64,000 bases of DNA from Podarcis bocagei (GCA_964188305.1 OZ076885.1); one strand, 5' to 3'; counted from the first letter of the stretch, positions 37,638 through 49,790 are shown. The notes: generated from the letters alone by a model not told the origin. Made by a program: numbers and translations.

Positions 37638-37908
37638 GACCACAGTGCCTGGAGACAGATAGTCAGGTCATGAATCCACAGCAGTGACCAGAGGAGAAAT
37701 GACTGCTGGGAGGTGCTCAGGGAGAAGAAACGCCATGGTGCATCTGTAACAGCAAAACTGGACACCTTCATCTGCCCCAGCTGTAATAAAACATGTCTCT
37801 CCCCTATTGGTCTCTACAGCCTTAGCAGACACTTTAACTCTCCAATGGTTTGTCTTTACCCCGCATGGCACACTCTTCCATGGTCTCTTGAGACAGACTG
37901 ATGCCGAC
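37638..37908 (+). mobile_element. RTE-clade LINE 3' end (non-Bov-B)
   Basis: Translates DHSAWRQ...FICPSCNKTCLSPIGLYSLSRH (RTE C-terminal zinc-finger-like motif); ends GTCTCTTGAGACAGACTGATGCC. Confidence 0.85.
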
Positions 37909-38240
37909 TCTTTTGAGCATTTCCCCCCATACATGTTTGCAGACATTTTTGCTGACTATTGCTGCTGCTCCTCTGCTATTTTTTTAAACTTGAGCGTCTT
38001 CAGTGTGTGATCCTCCCATTCAATCAAGAACCACATATGATGACAGCATAGTATCCTTTAGCCAATCAGATTTTCCTTTGTGGTGAGTATCAGTAGAGGC
38101 ACATGAAACCCTTCTTTTGCCCTCACTTTGAAAGGGGGTGGGAAAGGGGAATGCAGACAACTGGACCAACACTGTGTCCTGCTGTGTTGTGCTAGCAGTT
38201 TCATTGCCTGCCAGTGCTCCATAGCAAGACCTGATGCAGC

Positions 38241-38710
38241 CAGTGGCGTAGCGTGGGGGTGCCAGGGGTGCCGACCGCACCGGGCGCAACATCTGGGGGG
38301 GCGCGAGTCCAGAGGGAAGGGACAAGTTCCTTCCTCCGCCGGGCTCCCCGCCGCCACCGCCAGCCTTGCACCCTAGCGCGCGCGCCCCCCGCCGTCGCTG
38401 TGGCTGCGCTCCGCTCACTGCTCGCAGGAGGAGCAGCCGCTGCAGCAGCGCCGACGCCGCCACCGACGCCTGGCCGGGCACGGGCAGCCTCTGCACCCTG
38501 CCGCCGCCGCCATCCCCTCGGCCCAGCCACAGGCGGCGGCTGCTTCTGCCTCCATCCTCCTCCGGGCAAGCAGCGTTGTTTGCGCGGCAGCGCCAGCGGC
38601 AACTCGCAGGTTAGGGGTTGGGGGGGCGCAAATTACTTGCCTTGCCCCGGGTTAGGGGGCGCAAATTACTTGCGTTGCCCCGGGTGCTGACAACTCACGC
38701 TACGCCGCTG
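38241..38710. mobile_element. Young non-autonomous hAT (Tip100-like), 470 bp, CpG-rich cargo
   Basis: TIR CAGTGGCGTAGCGTG / CACGCTACGCCGCTG; perfect TSD GATGCAGC (38233-38240, 38711-38718); same ends as 57969-58137. Confidence 0.95.
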
Positions 38711-38920
38711 GATGCAGCATTAGACACACATGGTTATACAAAACGGGCAGGGGTAGACTGGGATGGAGTTGTGGATTGACATTTGGATTCATATTTGAAA
38801 ATACATTCATTACAAGTAAAGCTATGCACAGGGACAGCATCTGCATTCAGGTGTTTGACAGCACTGCTTTACTTTCAACAGGATGTACATTTGGCTGTGT
38901 ATCCTAATTAGTCAACTAAG

Positions 38921-39195
38921 GACATAAAAAGTGTCCTCCTAGGTCAGGCCAAAGGCCTATCTAATTCAGCATCCTGATCAACCAGATGCCTATGGAAAGC
39001 TCACAAGCAGGACCTGAGGGCAACAACATTTTCCCCACTTGCGATTCCTAGCAACAAGTCTCCAAAAGCATACTGCCTCCAACAGTGGAAGTAATACACA
39101 GTCATCAGGACTGGCTGCTATTGATAGCCTTAGCCTCCATGAACATAATGGAATCTAAGCAATGTAGAATCAGCCCTATTGCCACATCAAGGGCA
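38921..39195 (-). mobile_element. CR1 LINE 3' fragment
   Basis: ACATAA...GGTCAGGCCAAAGGCCTATCTAATTCAGCATCCTG...TTGATAGCCTTAGCCTCCATGAA; homologous copy at 54025-54296. Confidence 0.75.
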
Positions 39196-39217
39196 ATGCT
39201 TCCTCTTTCTCCTGAGG

Positions 39218-39219
<2 letters not shown>

Positions 39220-39256
<37 letters not shown>

Positions 39257-39272
39257 CCTCTCTCCCTCTCTC
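39220..39272. repeat. (CT)n microsatellite
   Basis: Direct reading. Confidence 0.95.
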
Positions 39273-39661
39273 CCCCCAGTTTCACACCCTCTTCACAAGG
39301 GTTCAGAAAATCACCCCAGGGAAGAGACACAGTCATGAGGAGCAGAAATGCTGAGAAAACGCACTGTTGATTTCAGCTCAGCAGTAAAGAAAACTCTGTG
39401 ATAAAGATGGATTAAAGTCATTCACAAGTCTTTTCTCCTGAGCCTGAAGAGGAGATGAAGACTCCAGCTGTATATTGAGACTTGGAGGTGCTTGGAAAGC
39501 AGTGAGACTTTGTGCAGCTTCCTGAGACTCAGCACAACCCTCACTACCCATTCTCCAGCCCAGACCTGGAGAGTATGGCAGGGGTGGCTTAAACATCCCC
39601 TTGAGCATGGTGTGGCACCAAACAAGATCCTTTCCCTCCTTATGCAGGGCCATTGTGCCAA

Positions 39662-40715
39662 GCATAAATTCTAGCTGTTTACGAAGACAATGGAGTGTGT
39701 CTCCAGGGGTGAAGTTAAACCGCTGGAGAATCACAGCGGTTGCTGTGGCTGCAGATACCAGGAACCCTTAATTGCTGTCTCCTGCATTGTTTTTGCTGCA
39801 TTAGCAGCACTAAAATGACCTCTTCAGGGCGTAAGCCTGGGCAGTGTCTATGAAGGTCCTGGGCTGTCTAGATGACAAGACCGCCTTCTCAGTCTCACTG
39901 ATGATGTCAAAGGAAAGCAGAGCAGTACATGTGGCACCAGTTTGGCTGCAGGAGTTGACAGAAGGAGGCGTACAAGATGCCATCCAGTCCTCTTAGGGAC
40001 TCCACTCCAGATTTGTGTAGGGTTTACGCCATAGGCATTCTTCTCCTGAATATGTCCCACAAGACAGCAGAGGTTTAAAATCAGATTTCCTTCCCCTGGA
40101 TGGTCTACCTTCCCAGGTTGATGAGCCTCACCTACGTCTCACTTCCTTCTACAGCATATGCAGTAACCACCTTCTTGACTGTTGGACCCACTATTGCTCT
40201 TGTCTGCTCAATTCTGACCCCATCTTCGCATGCAGGGGAAATCCGTAATGCACTGAGGCTTGGAGACCCATAGGCTACCCTCGCCTAGTTTAGCCAGCCA
40301 GTTGAAGCTGTGGCTGCTGTTGCATGCTAACAGCTTCTAAGAGCCACAGGTGACAGCGAAGTGCAGAGTGGGTGTTAAGTTGTGGGTGAACGTATCAGAC
40401 GACACAGCGATTCTTCAAACAGTTCTTGTTTATTCACAGGCCAGAACAGAACTGAACTGAACTGAAGGGTTCAGCCAGCCTGCTTATATAGAGCTCCACT
40501 AGAATGCAACAGTAACCATTTTCTGTAACTATCCAGTCACTGAACGTCACTTTCAATCCCTTATTTGCATATGTGGACCTGAGTGAAAACTATCTACAGT
40601 ATCCCCCTGCTGGCCCAGGGTGAGAACTTCAGTACAAAACAGTGGGGACCAAAAGTTGGATTAACTACCCCAGAAGGAGCATGGTGTGTCTCCCACCAGA
40701 GGTACTACACCTCCC
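39662..40715 (-). mobile_element. Internally deleted (bipartite) RTE-derived element, interrupted by a solo LTR
   Basis: Left end AAGACAATGGAGTGTG resembles the reverse complement of the RTE 3' terminus at 37868-37905; body resembles an RTE 5' region (GVNPTQIWSGVPK); no RT. Confidence 0.6.
40373..40641 (-). mobile_element. Solo LTR, 269 bp
   Basis: TGTT...AACA termini; perfect 5-bp TSD GTGGG (40368-40372, 40642-40646); TATATAAG and AATAAA in correct order on minus. Confidence 0.9.
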
Positions 40716-41869
40716 ATAACACCTTTTACACCTCATAGAATGTAAAGACCTTCATGATCACCTTTTCTAAATATTAACTTGGTTCCAGTCAATCTGTCTG
40801 AGAATGTGATTCAGTGGACTACTGTTCTTTAGTTTACATATTTCAATCCTTCTACAGGGCCTTTTTACTGGTCTAGATAGGCCTGAATTGTAATGTCAAA
40901 GGGGAAGTTTGTAACAAAACTTTAAGGCTGGTCCCCAATGGCAATATAGCAGAAAACTAAAAGAGGTTGAAGCAAGAATTGTATAGACAAGAGTGAAGGT
41001 CCCTAATGACAGGAAGGTTAATAAAAGGGGGGAAATGGCTTGTATGAATGCCAGTTTCTGTCCATATCTTAGCCTGGTACTTAAGGGGAATGTTTTCACT
41101 TAGATACTTTTGGTCCTCTTGCTGACATGAGGGAGATGCTGTTAATAACGGAGATTGTCCCTGATGGTGGCAGGTCTAATTACAGGATAAAACACAAAAG
41201 GTAGAATGAAGTAACGGGTTTGTGGGTTTCTTTTTTCCCCTGGATGTCAGTTTATTACCAATCTGACATTATAACTTTAAGGGTCAGTTCTCTGCAGTCC
41301 CTGCATTACCAAAACAAAAAGAAAAGCAGAACACACAAAGAGGCAAAAGGGGGGTGGGAAGGAAGCAATCTTTGTTAGTTTCCTCTTCAAAATATTTCTT
41401 CTATTAATAGTGGCTTATAAAACAGGACTCCTTGTAAAAGGCGCCTAAAATATGTGTGTGGCATAGGCACACATCACTTATTTAATTCATCTCCTTAAAG
41501 AGAACTTGGATTTGCTGACAAATAAGCCACTGAAATAAACAAGAATCCAAAACCTTGGCAAATATTTGCAGCTTTTCTCCCAATGCAGAAGGCTTTAGTG
41601 AGCCATAGAAAATACGGTAAATGAAATCTATATGCTAAGTCTGTCTACCTAAATTTTTTGTCTCCCCATTTTGGTTGCTGGTGATGTTTTAAAGGATTAC
41701 TTTTGTTGATTTTATATTCATGTGTTGTACTCCATCTTGCTGTTTTTTACATAAATGTGGATTATAAATTCATTAACAACAACAACATGACTACTAAATT
41801 GCATCTTATTCAAAGTGCAATCAAAATTGTGGGGAATACACACATACACAGAGTAAGAGAGTCTCACTG

Positions 41870-41937
41870 TCATTGTCCAGATTATGAATTATGGTTCCAA
41901 AACAAAATCTCATTGTCCAGATTATGAGTTATGGTTC
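41870..41937. repeat. Local direct duplication, 28-bp unit, period 40
   Basis: TCATTGTCCAGATTATGARTTATGGTTC twice. Confidence 0.9.
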
Positions 41938-42289
41938 TAGGGCTGTATGGTGTCACAAATCAGTTCTCAGCTGACCCTACTGCCTTTCATTTAAGCTAAC
42001 CTAGGGCTGAATATTCTCATTTGTGTTCATTGACCGTAAGACTTCCAGTTGACTACTGATCACCCTGGTGGGTCAGGCTCATGAGATCATTGCGTCCACT
42101 TCTGGGTGTTGCAGTTTTGGGAAGGTATAGTTTTCCCGCTTATGGTCCAGTTCTGTCCAAATGAACATCCCAGGGCACTGATCACCAACATTATTCAGGT
42201 CCCACAAAGCCCATGAAAATGAGTTTGGTCTTAATCCTGATCTTGTATGTCACCTGCTAAGGAACAACTATCTTTTCGGTTTAAGTAAA

Positions 42290-42655
42290 TAAATGAATGC
42301 ATAAATAGTTAAATAGATGCTTTTCAGATTGCCCATTTAAAGGGCCCCTGCATTTGGGGATAGCTTTACAAATACTTAAAAACAGAATGTGATTAATAAA
42401 AAAGCAAACAATATTTTTTTAAAACAACAACCCTAAGAACAGAAAAACAGAAGCTAAAAGCAACATAACTAATTTTCTCCAAGTTTCAAATTATTTAAAA
42501 GGCAAAAAAAGAGGAAGAAAGAATTTTCCTGTTGCCAGAAATTTCTTGAAGCAGGCATCAGCCTAACCTCCCTAGGAGAGTATTCCACAGCTGGGTGCCA
42601 CCACTGAGAAGGCTCCCCTCTTTTGTCTGATTACTGCCCACCTTACCTCACCAGG
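42290..42655 (-). mobile_element. Old L2 3' fragment
   Basis: GAGAGTATTCCACAGCTGGGTGCCACCACTGAGAAGGC matches the L2 AFSAVAP.WW/LW region. Confidence 0.65.
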
Positions 42656-42984
42656 TGTCTAGGTTTGCTAAGTATTCAATAAAACTATGTGAACTGCAGT
42701 ATTGCAAAATGAGATTGATTGCCCCATTGTCTACGTTCACGCTTCCCAAGTGCCCCTATGTGAGGCAACAATTTGAACAGACATGTCATCCAGGCAGGGG
42801 AGTGGGTTATACAAAAAGGCTAAATGAAAATTTTTCTGCCTTAGCAGTTCGATTTGTGTTTTAAAACCTGCCCTCCCAGTTGTACTGTTTTGGAAAACAT
42901 TTTAAAAGCTATGTCTGTAAATCACATTGGGACTTAGACATAGAAGGCAATTCATCAATACAACTCATTACATATTTAATATGA

Positions 42985-42992
42985 AGATAGAT

Positions 42993-43023
<31 letters not shown>
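42985..43023. repeat. (GATA)n microsatellite
   Basis: Direct reading. Confidence 0.95.
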
Positions 43024-43752
43024 GCAAACTCATCTGCAAATATAATTAAAGGGAAGTACAAAAGTGCCACTGCTACTGCCTTGATGGTGGACAGCATTTG
43101 TCTCATCACAGCAATTTCCAGAGCAACAGCTGTTAGAAAAAATCCCCACAATCGGAGATATCATGGTGGTCCCAAACACAGGCCCAACACAGAGGTACCA
43201 GTCATGGGGGACCCATAAAAGGCTAAATGGGAAAGTGCTGCCCTGCTGCCGCCCAAGCCTCCCGTATATGGTTGTGCGACAGTGCCTGCAAAGAAGTGGC
43301 AGCAGGTTCCAGTGAGCTCTTGCTGGAATCTTGCCAAATCTCACAGAGTGCATGAGATCTTGTGAGACTTTGCCAAGAACTTGTGGAGCACACAAGATCT
43401 CATAGGTTCTCACCGGAAGCAGCTGCCTCCGCTTCTCCACCAGCAGCGAAGGTGGTAGAGTAGGCAAGGTGCCCGCAGGGGCTCTGCCCCAGGGTCCTGC
43501 CACCCGAGGCGGCTACCTCAGCCCTCTCCATGGGTAGGTCAGCCCTGGTACAAGTTCATGCAAATTGCATCATGGCACAAGTGCAGCCTGATTATAAGCT
43601 TCTGAGTTGCTTTTCATGCTACCACAACTCATTCTGGAAGCCACTGGAAGCCGTGAACGACTCCTGTTTCTCCCTCTAACTGGAATCTATTCCGAAGCTA
43701 GCCTTTAGTCACATGCACCAGGGATAAAAGGTTCAAACATGGCTTGTTTCAT

Positions 43753-43803
43753 TGTGTGTGTTTGTGTGTGCGCGCGTGCACACACACACACACACACACA
43801 CAC
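43753..43803. repeat. (TG)n(CG)n(CA)n compound palindromic microsatellite
   Basis: Direct reading. Confidence 0.92.
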
Positions 43804-44770
43804 TCATCATTATCAGTCCAAGATACTTATGTCAAGATCTGAAATGTGTTAAACAGTTGGGTGAACATTAGATATTGTCCCACAACAGAGAAAGTAGCAC
43901 GTCTACAATGTCTCACATCCCTGTCTGGAGTCGTTCTTAATGATACATCTCACCGTTAAAAGAATTATGCTATACACTGACATGGCACCATTGTTGAATT
44001 ATTTTCAATATTTAATTTGCTGTGCTGAGTTACACAGCATGCACACATATGCTATTTGTACCTATACATTTATCTACTCTTTTCTCTGTCTCTTTCTTTC
44101 TCCTGAAGCCCTAACATGATTGACACTCTCTGAGAGCCAAAGTTGGAATAAGGAACATGCACAAATGATGGTTTCCTTAGCAACGGGAACCATGTGAATT
44201 CTCTTCTTTCCTTCTTGGTGAATTTTTTTTTTTTACTTTACTTAGTGGTCTCTCCACATTGGTTTTCATGGAGACTTGGAGGCCTGATGTCTATTTTTCT
44301 AAAAATAAAATAAAATCAGTGAACCAAAGAGAATTAAAAGGATGTTTTGTTGTTGATTTGAATGTTTAATTTTGTTTAACTGACAAGATTCTCAAAAGCA
44401 CATACTCATTTGAGCATTCATAGTTTTGTGGATATTTTTTAAAAATCATCTCTTCTTAAAGGGATATTTAATTTAAGTGGATATTCCATTTCCAAAAGAA
44501 AAAAATAACTGTATATTGAATGAAGGTGACCATCCTAAACATATTTTCTGTTAAGTAAGACATATTGTATTTGAGAGAGTTAACTTTCATGTAAGCATGC
44601 TTGGGATTGTGTCAATAATTTAATTTCCATACATGGTTCTGTTATATTTGTATGTGAAAAGTACATTTCCTTCAAATAACAAACCACAAATGTCCAACCA
44701 GCAATGGAGGATGAAATGGAGAGGTACCTAATAATTTTACTTATTTTATTTTTATAAAAAGCATTTTCGT

Positions 44771-44872
44771 AAAATCATAGAATTTTAGAGTTGGGAGAGA
44801 TCCCAAGGGTCATCTAGTCCAACCCCCTGCAACACAGGAATCTCAAGAAAAGCATCCATGACAGATGGATCA
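44771..44872 (-). mobile_element. CR1 3' end
   Basis: AATCATAGAATTTTAGAGTTGGGAGAGATCCCAAGGGTCATCTAGTCCAACCCCCTGC. Confidence 0.8.
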
Positions 44873-45097
44873 TAGAAAATGCTACCTAAAATTAGGGGTT
44901 GTTTGCTTGCCCAACCGGCCTACCTAGCACTTTTAGCTCCTTTGCATGCAGTCAGATGCACCCTATATAGGTAAGGAATCTCTAGCCCACAGGCCAAATT
45001 TAGCCTGACATGGGTCTCAATTTGGCTTGCAAGTCCTTCACACACACCCCAATGATGCCCTCCCATCTCCCACCTGAAGGTAGAGACATAGCTGGAG

Positions 45098-45348
45098 TTG
45101 CCCTGCCCTTGCACGAAGTCTTGGGTTTACAATTTTGGGAGAGGGGAGACTGTGGCACTGGGGAGCGGGCAGGCTGGCGAGGCCCCTTAGATTTAGAGGC
45201 CCAAGTTATCCTGCCCTCACATAAAGTCTTGGTTTGCAATTTTGATAGAAGGAGACTGCCCGCTGGAGAGCAGGAGGGCTGGCGAGGCCCTCTAGATTTA
45301 GAGGCCCTAGGCTTCAGCCTACTTAGCCTATACATAAATCCGGCACTG
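45098..45348. mobile_element. One-ended hAT MITE fragment with ~110-bp internal tandem duplication
   Basis: CCTGCCCT..AAGTCTTGG..CAATTTTG..GGCTGGCGAGGCCC..TAGATTTAGAGGCCC occurs twice; ends TAAATCCGGCACTG. Confidence 0.65.
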
Positions 45349-47584
45349 CCTGCATGTGGAAGCGGCAGGACAGCCCTCTTGTCCTTCACCACAAGTAACA
45401 AATCTCTTGGGCTGTCCCGTCCTCTGTTCTGCTTTCTCAACAGAGGATGGCGATGAGGCAAGTGCTAGGAAAACACCTAGGGCTGTTTGCATGAATACAC
45501 CACACAGTAAGTGATACTTTGTTGGCAGGATAATAAGTGCTAAAGGACCACTTACCTCCTCTTGTGTGTTTGTGTGTGGGGGTTATTTTTAGCCCACAAG
45601 AGTTTGGAACATATATGCAAAGCGCACAGAAGAAGTCACTTTTATTGCAGCAACCTCTGGCATGCTGGTATACGAAGTGCTTTTAAAGAGACACCATCAA
45701 CTTGAAATCTTGTCATTTTTAAGTGTTAAAAGTGGTTTCATATGTTATACTTGCCTTCATATTTCACTTTCATTTCCTTCAAAGCCGTTCATGAGGATGG
45801 TTAGCCTCTTCGCCCCTCCACACCCACACCACAATCAGACTTCAGTCGGGAGGGCTGTCTATGGATGCAAAGGAACATATATATTTGCTTCTAAGTCACC
45901 TTTAGTCATTTTCTCTCCTTGCTCCCCTCTCACAAACAACAGGTACATGAGGCACACACAGGACCGTAGCTCAGAACTGCATACCATAAGGAACATGAAA
46001 ACATCTGGCCCATGTTGTTCTGATTGCATACTTTGTTTTCCCATGCCATTACCACACTCTGGTCCAAACGATTGGCTGATCCAGAATATTTTATTCCACC
46101 AGGAGAACAATTTTAAAATAGGTCATAGTGAAATCCCCATAAAATTCAGCTCAAATTCTCACATTCGTTTAAGACATGATAAAGTCACTGCAATGTGATT
46201 CCCCCCCTCAATTATTTTCACTTCTACGAAAACTGTTATTCTGAAAATAGAGAGATCTAGGGTTTATCATAGTTTAGAATCCAGGAATATTACGTTCTCC
46301 ACAATGTACGGACGTAACAAATATCATTGCAGGAAGCAGGATCTAGCCTCCTTGGGGCCTCAGCTTTTTGGCAGGCCTCAGTAGTGCCAACACTTACTCT
46401 GAGAACTAGGCCCAGATACCCTGGGCTTTGTCTTGCCTATAGCAGCAGCAACAACTACATAGGGCATCTGCAAGTCACGTATGACTGTAAATTTTCCGCA
46501 ATGCCCAGTGAATGGAACTGTCAGTTTTGGTTCTCTCGGTTTCTCATTTTTCTAATCTCAAATTCTGTTACCCACCTATCTGCAGCTATTTGTGAATCCG
46601 TTTTCTTTAAAATAATAATAATAATAATAATCCTCATGAAAATTCTTCAGAATTTTGGTGTGTATATCTTCCAAAGAAGCCTTTTTTTTGTATTATAGTT
46701 TTGACTAATTTACAGATTTGTGCAGTTTTGTCAGCAATTTCTCCTTGACAGATGTTTAGCAGAAAAGTATCCAAGACGCTCTCTACTTTGAAATGGATTA
46801 CAGAAGAAACAGAAAAAAGTGTGGCTTTGGGAATTTGTGGGAAACTTAGAAATAAATTGCTGAGGATTTCACTTGGTAGGTCTAAGCCCTGGTTGCCCTA
46901 ATGGACCATCTCCACTGCCTTCGGTTCTCATATTGTTTCTGAAACAATAATACCTTTGAATGCAAACTGAATTGAATTCCATCCCTACCATGGAGTGACG
47001 CTGCATGGGAATGCTGTGGGTAGCAGGCATCCGCTCACCTCAGATCAGAGGGCTGGTGGTGCCCACAGTTCACCACTAATAAAGTTATACTGAGGGATAG
47101 TGATGTTGAGGGACTGCCAGATGGCACATTGCTGAGATGCCCCTCAAACCTGGATCCAGGCCTGGCAAGAAGGCCTGTTGAAAACAAAGGGGTAGCACAT
47201 GAAATGACCTAAGGAAACCACTGCACAGCGTCATTAAACCACCCCCTGAGCCTTATGAAAGAGTGAAAGAAGCTTGTTGGGATGAAACAGCCAGGGAATA
47301 GCTCTTGGACAGTCACCCAGAGGGCAAAGAAATGTGAACGACGTGAACTGGCCTAGAAGTAAAATGTGCATTGGAACCTTTCACCAGACAGCATCCTTCA
47401 TAGATTTTCTGGAGCAACTGCAAAATTCTCTCTCCTGCAGAATGAGGCAGCCACGTGATTCACCTTTTGCTTTCCTCTCAATAAAGGATTTAGTTCCATG
47501 CTCACAGCAACAGGGACCTGTTCTCCCCCCCCCCTCCCGCCATCTCCTTGATGCTCTCTTAGGCCCTTCTCAAATCCTCCTGTT

Positions 47585-47965
47585 TACTTCCACAGGTGGA
47601 ATTGCGATTTGCTCTTCTTGTACATGCTTATTATTATTAATTTTTTTTCCCGACGTCTTGATATTTCTGTGTGGCTGCCGTGGGAGATTTCACAGGTGGC
47701 TGATGAAGCTCGTTATATTTATTTGGACCTCCTCAGCGCTCCTTAAAAGGCAATTAAAATGAGAATGGAAATGACTGTATGTGGTCAAGCACACCGCTGC
47801 CTGACAATTCACACAACTGCCAGCAGAATATAAAAAGGGAGGGCTGTTTGCACTGGCACAAGGCGAACACAGCTGTGCTAATGGCTTCCCAAACTTCTGC
47901 ATTTGAAATTTGCCCAAGAGGAACTTTTACAGTGGCATCGGTGACTGAAGCACATTAACCCTTCT
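47585..47965. promoter_or_regulatory. Candidate CNE/enhancer
   Basis: Unique TE-free block with retained CpGs, E-boxes (CAGGTG x2, CAGCTG), CAATTAA, TGACA. Confidence 0.4.
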
Positions 47966-48113
47966 AATCTATACATTTAGCAGACTGCGGGGCAGGAATA
48001 GGCAACATGTCCCTCCCTGTCAATCATAGTTTTCTCCTCCAGCATATTAACATGGGGTGTACAGCAGGGCCTGTTCTATAGACTGGCACTAGCTGCTGCC
48101 CAACAGCTTCAGC

Positions 48114-48439
48114 CCGTGGTGGACCTACATTTTGGGGGCCCTGAAGCTTGAGCTATCATGGGAGCCCCTTCACAACCAGCAACAAGGTCTCGGTAACCAC
48201 TGTTATCTTCTTCCATGGGGTTGTTTACAACAACCTTTACAACATCTAAGCTACTGACTCTCAAGCTTTAGGGTTGTTGAAATACATACAACAACAAAAT
48301 TAATAAATTTGAGTCATGCAACTCAAGTTGCATCTGCTAGACACGTGTTTTTAAAGTAATGTGGACTAAAGTCACTTATGGGGCCCCTCCAGTATCAGGG
48401 AGCTTAAGGTTCATTAGTTTCATAGTAGATCCACCCCTG
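48114..48439. mobile_element. hAT MITE
   Basis: Imperfect TIR CCGTGGTGGACCTAC / GTAGATCCACCCCTG; perfect TSD GCTTCAGC (48106-48113, 48440-48447). Confidence 0.8.
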
Positions 48440-48834
48440 GCTTCAGCTGCTTTTGCAATCCACCCAACACCAACACCCACCTTTCAATGGTGGGGATGGT
48501 GGTTTGCCTTCTTCCAACATCACTGCATAGGTGGAGCTTTTGCAAGTATGTAAGGGCAACCTAGGCTGCATCTAGGCACATCAAAGAAGCATTTCAGTTA
48601 AATGTGTTTTAAACTTTGTATGAGAAATTGCGTTGGCAAAAATGGAACTCCATCTGGGGTCACAGTGTTATCATGCATATACAATGCATATAAAATGCTT
48701 TTTCTCCACCCATCTAGCTGAGTCCCTAGAATGATCACTTTAAAAGTACCTATTCTCCCATCACTGGTATGGCTTACCCCTAAGGAAAGAAGGAAAGGCA
48801 AGCATGAGCAAAAAAGGTCCCCCTATTTACATTT

Positions 48835-49258
48835 AGGGATTGGTCAAATCTATTGGTTTTGGTCCCGCTCCGTTTCTATTTTTTCAAGTGGGTTTGTTAC
48901 TCTTTTTTCGTTAAGTTCTCCTGAAAATTCATCAGCACTTTAATGAGAATTTCTCCTAGTAAGCACATGTTTGCATGCAATTTTGCCTTAGGGTTAAGCC
49001 ATACCAACTGTCTACTGGAAGATTGCCTTGCAGAAATAGATTTAAATAAATAAATAAATTCTAATATATGCATTTCGATGCACACTTTACCCTAGTATGT
49101 GCATTTTTGTACACATTACTTGGCTTAAGGATAGCATTGCAAAATTCAGAGAAGTAGGAATTTTGCAGGATGGCTATGTTTTGGCTTGCATATGATTTCA
49201 GAAAGTGCAAATTAGGTGGGTCTAATTGAAAATGGAATTGAGTTTCTTCCCTGTCCTA
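48835..49258 (+). mobile_element. AT-rich non-autonomous DNA element (same family as 165-608)
   Basis: TAGGGAT start, TGTCCTA end, shared GCATTGCAAAATTCAGAGAAGT segment. Confidence 0.55.
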
Positions 49259-49789
49259 TTTATGCCGACAACATATAAATTTCAAGGCAGAAAATGATTT
49301 TTGGCTGTGACTTAGCTCTCTAAGACCTTCACAAGAGATGGTTCTCAGGGTCAGCGTTCTCAGAGAATGTAGTTTCAGTATCCCTTCATGTCTGTTTTAC
49401 AAAACGTTTCTGTGGGTCACCGTCCAGCGGTTTATATTGCTCAAAGTGCTTCTGTTGGTCTTTTGTATTCCTTTTCCATTCCAGAAGTTTGTTGTAGAGA
49501 GTTGCAACCCAACTTTTTTATTTTCTGTGTTGCAACATATATTGTATTTTGATATGGTCATGATGTCTATGTCGCACCTTGGTACTGGAAATAGTAGTTT
49601 TCTTTTGATGCTTAATGTAGATGTACATGTATGTATATACGTATGTGCATATAGAAAAAAACAACAGTGTTTTGACAAATTCCTAGGGTCAAAATTAGAT
49701 GTGATGTTAAATTTGGGTAAACATACAACATACGGAAATTGGGAGAATATTGGGAGGGAAGCAGAGTTGAAATCGCTGCATGCAGAGTG

Positions 49790-49790
<1 letters not shown>

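Noticed and set aside
38020-38690. Overlapping Ala/Arg/Pro-rich ORFs as a resident gene
   Set aside because: Confined to MITE cargo; not a host gene at this position.
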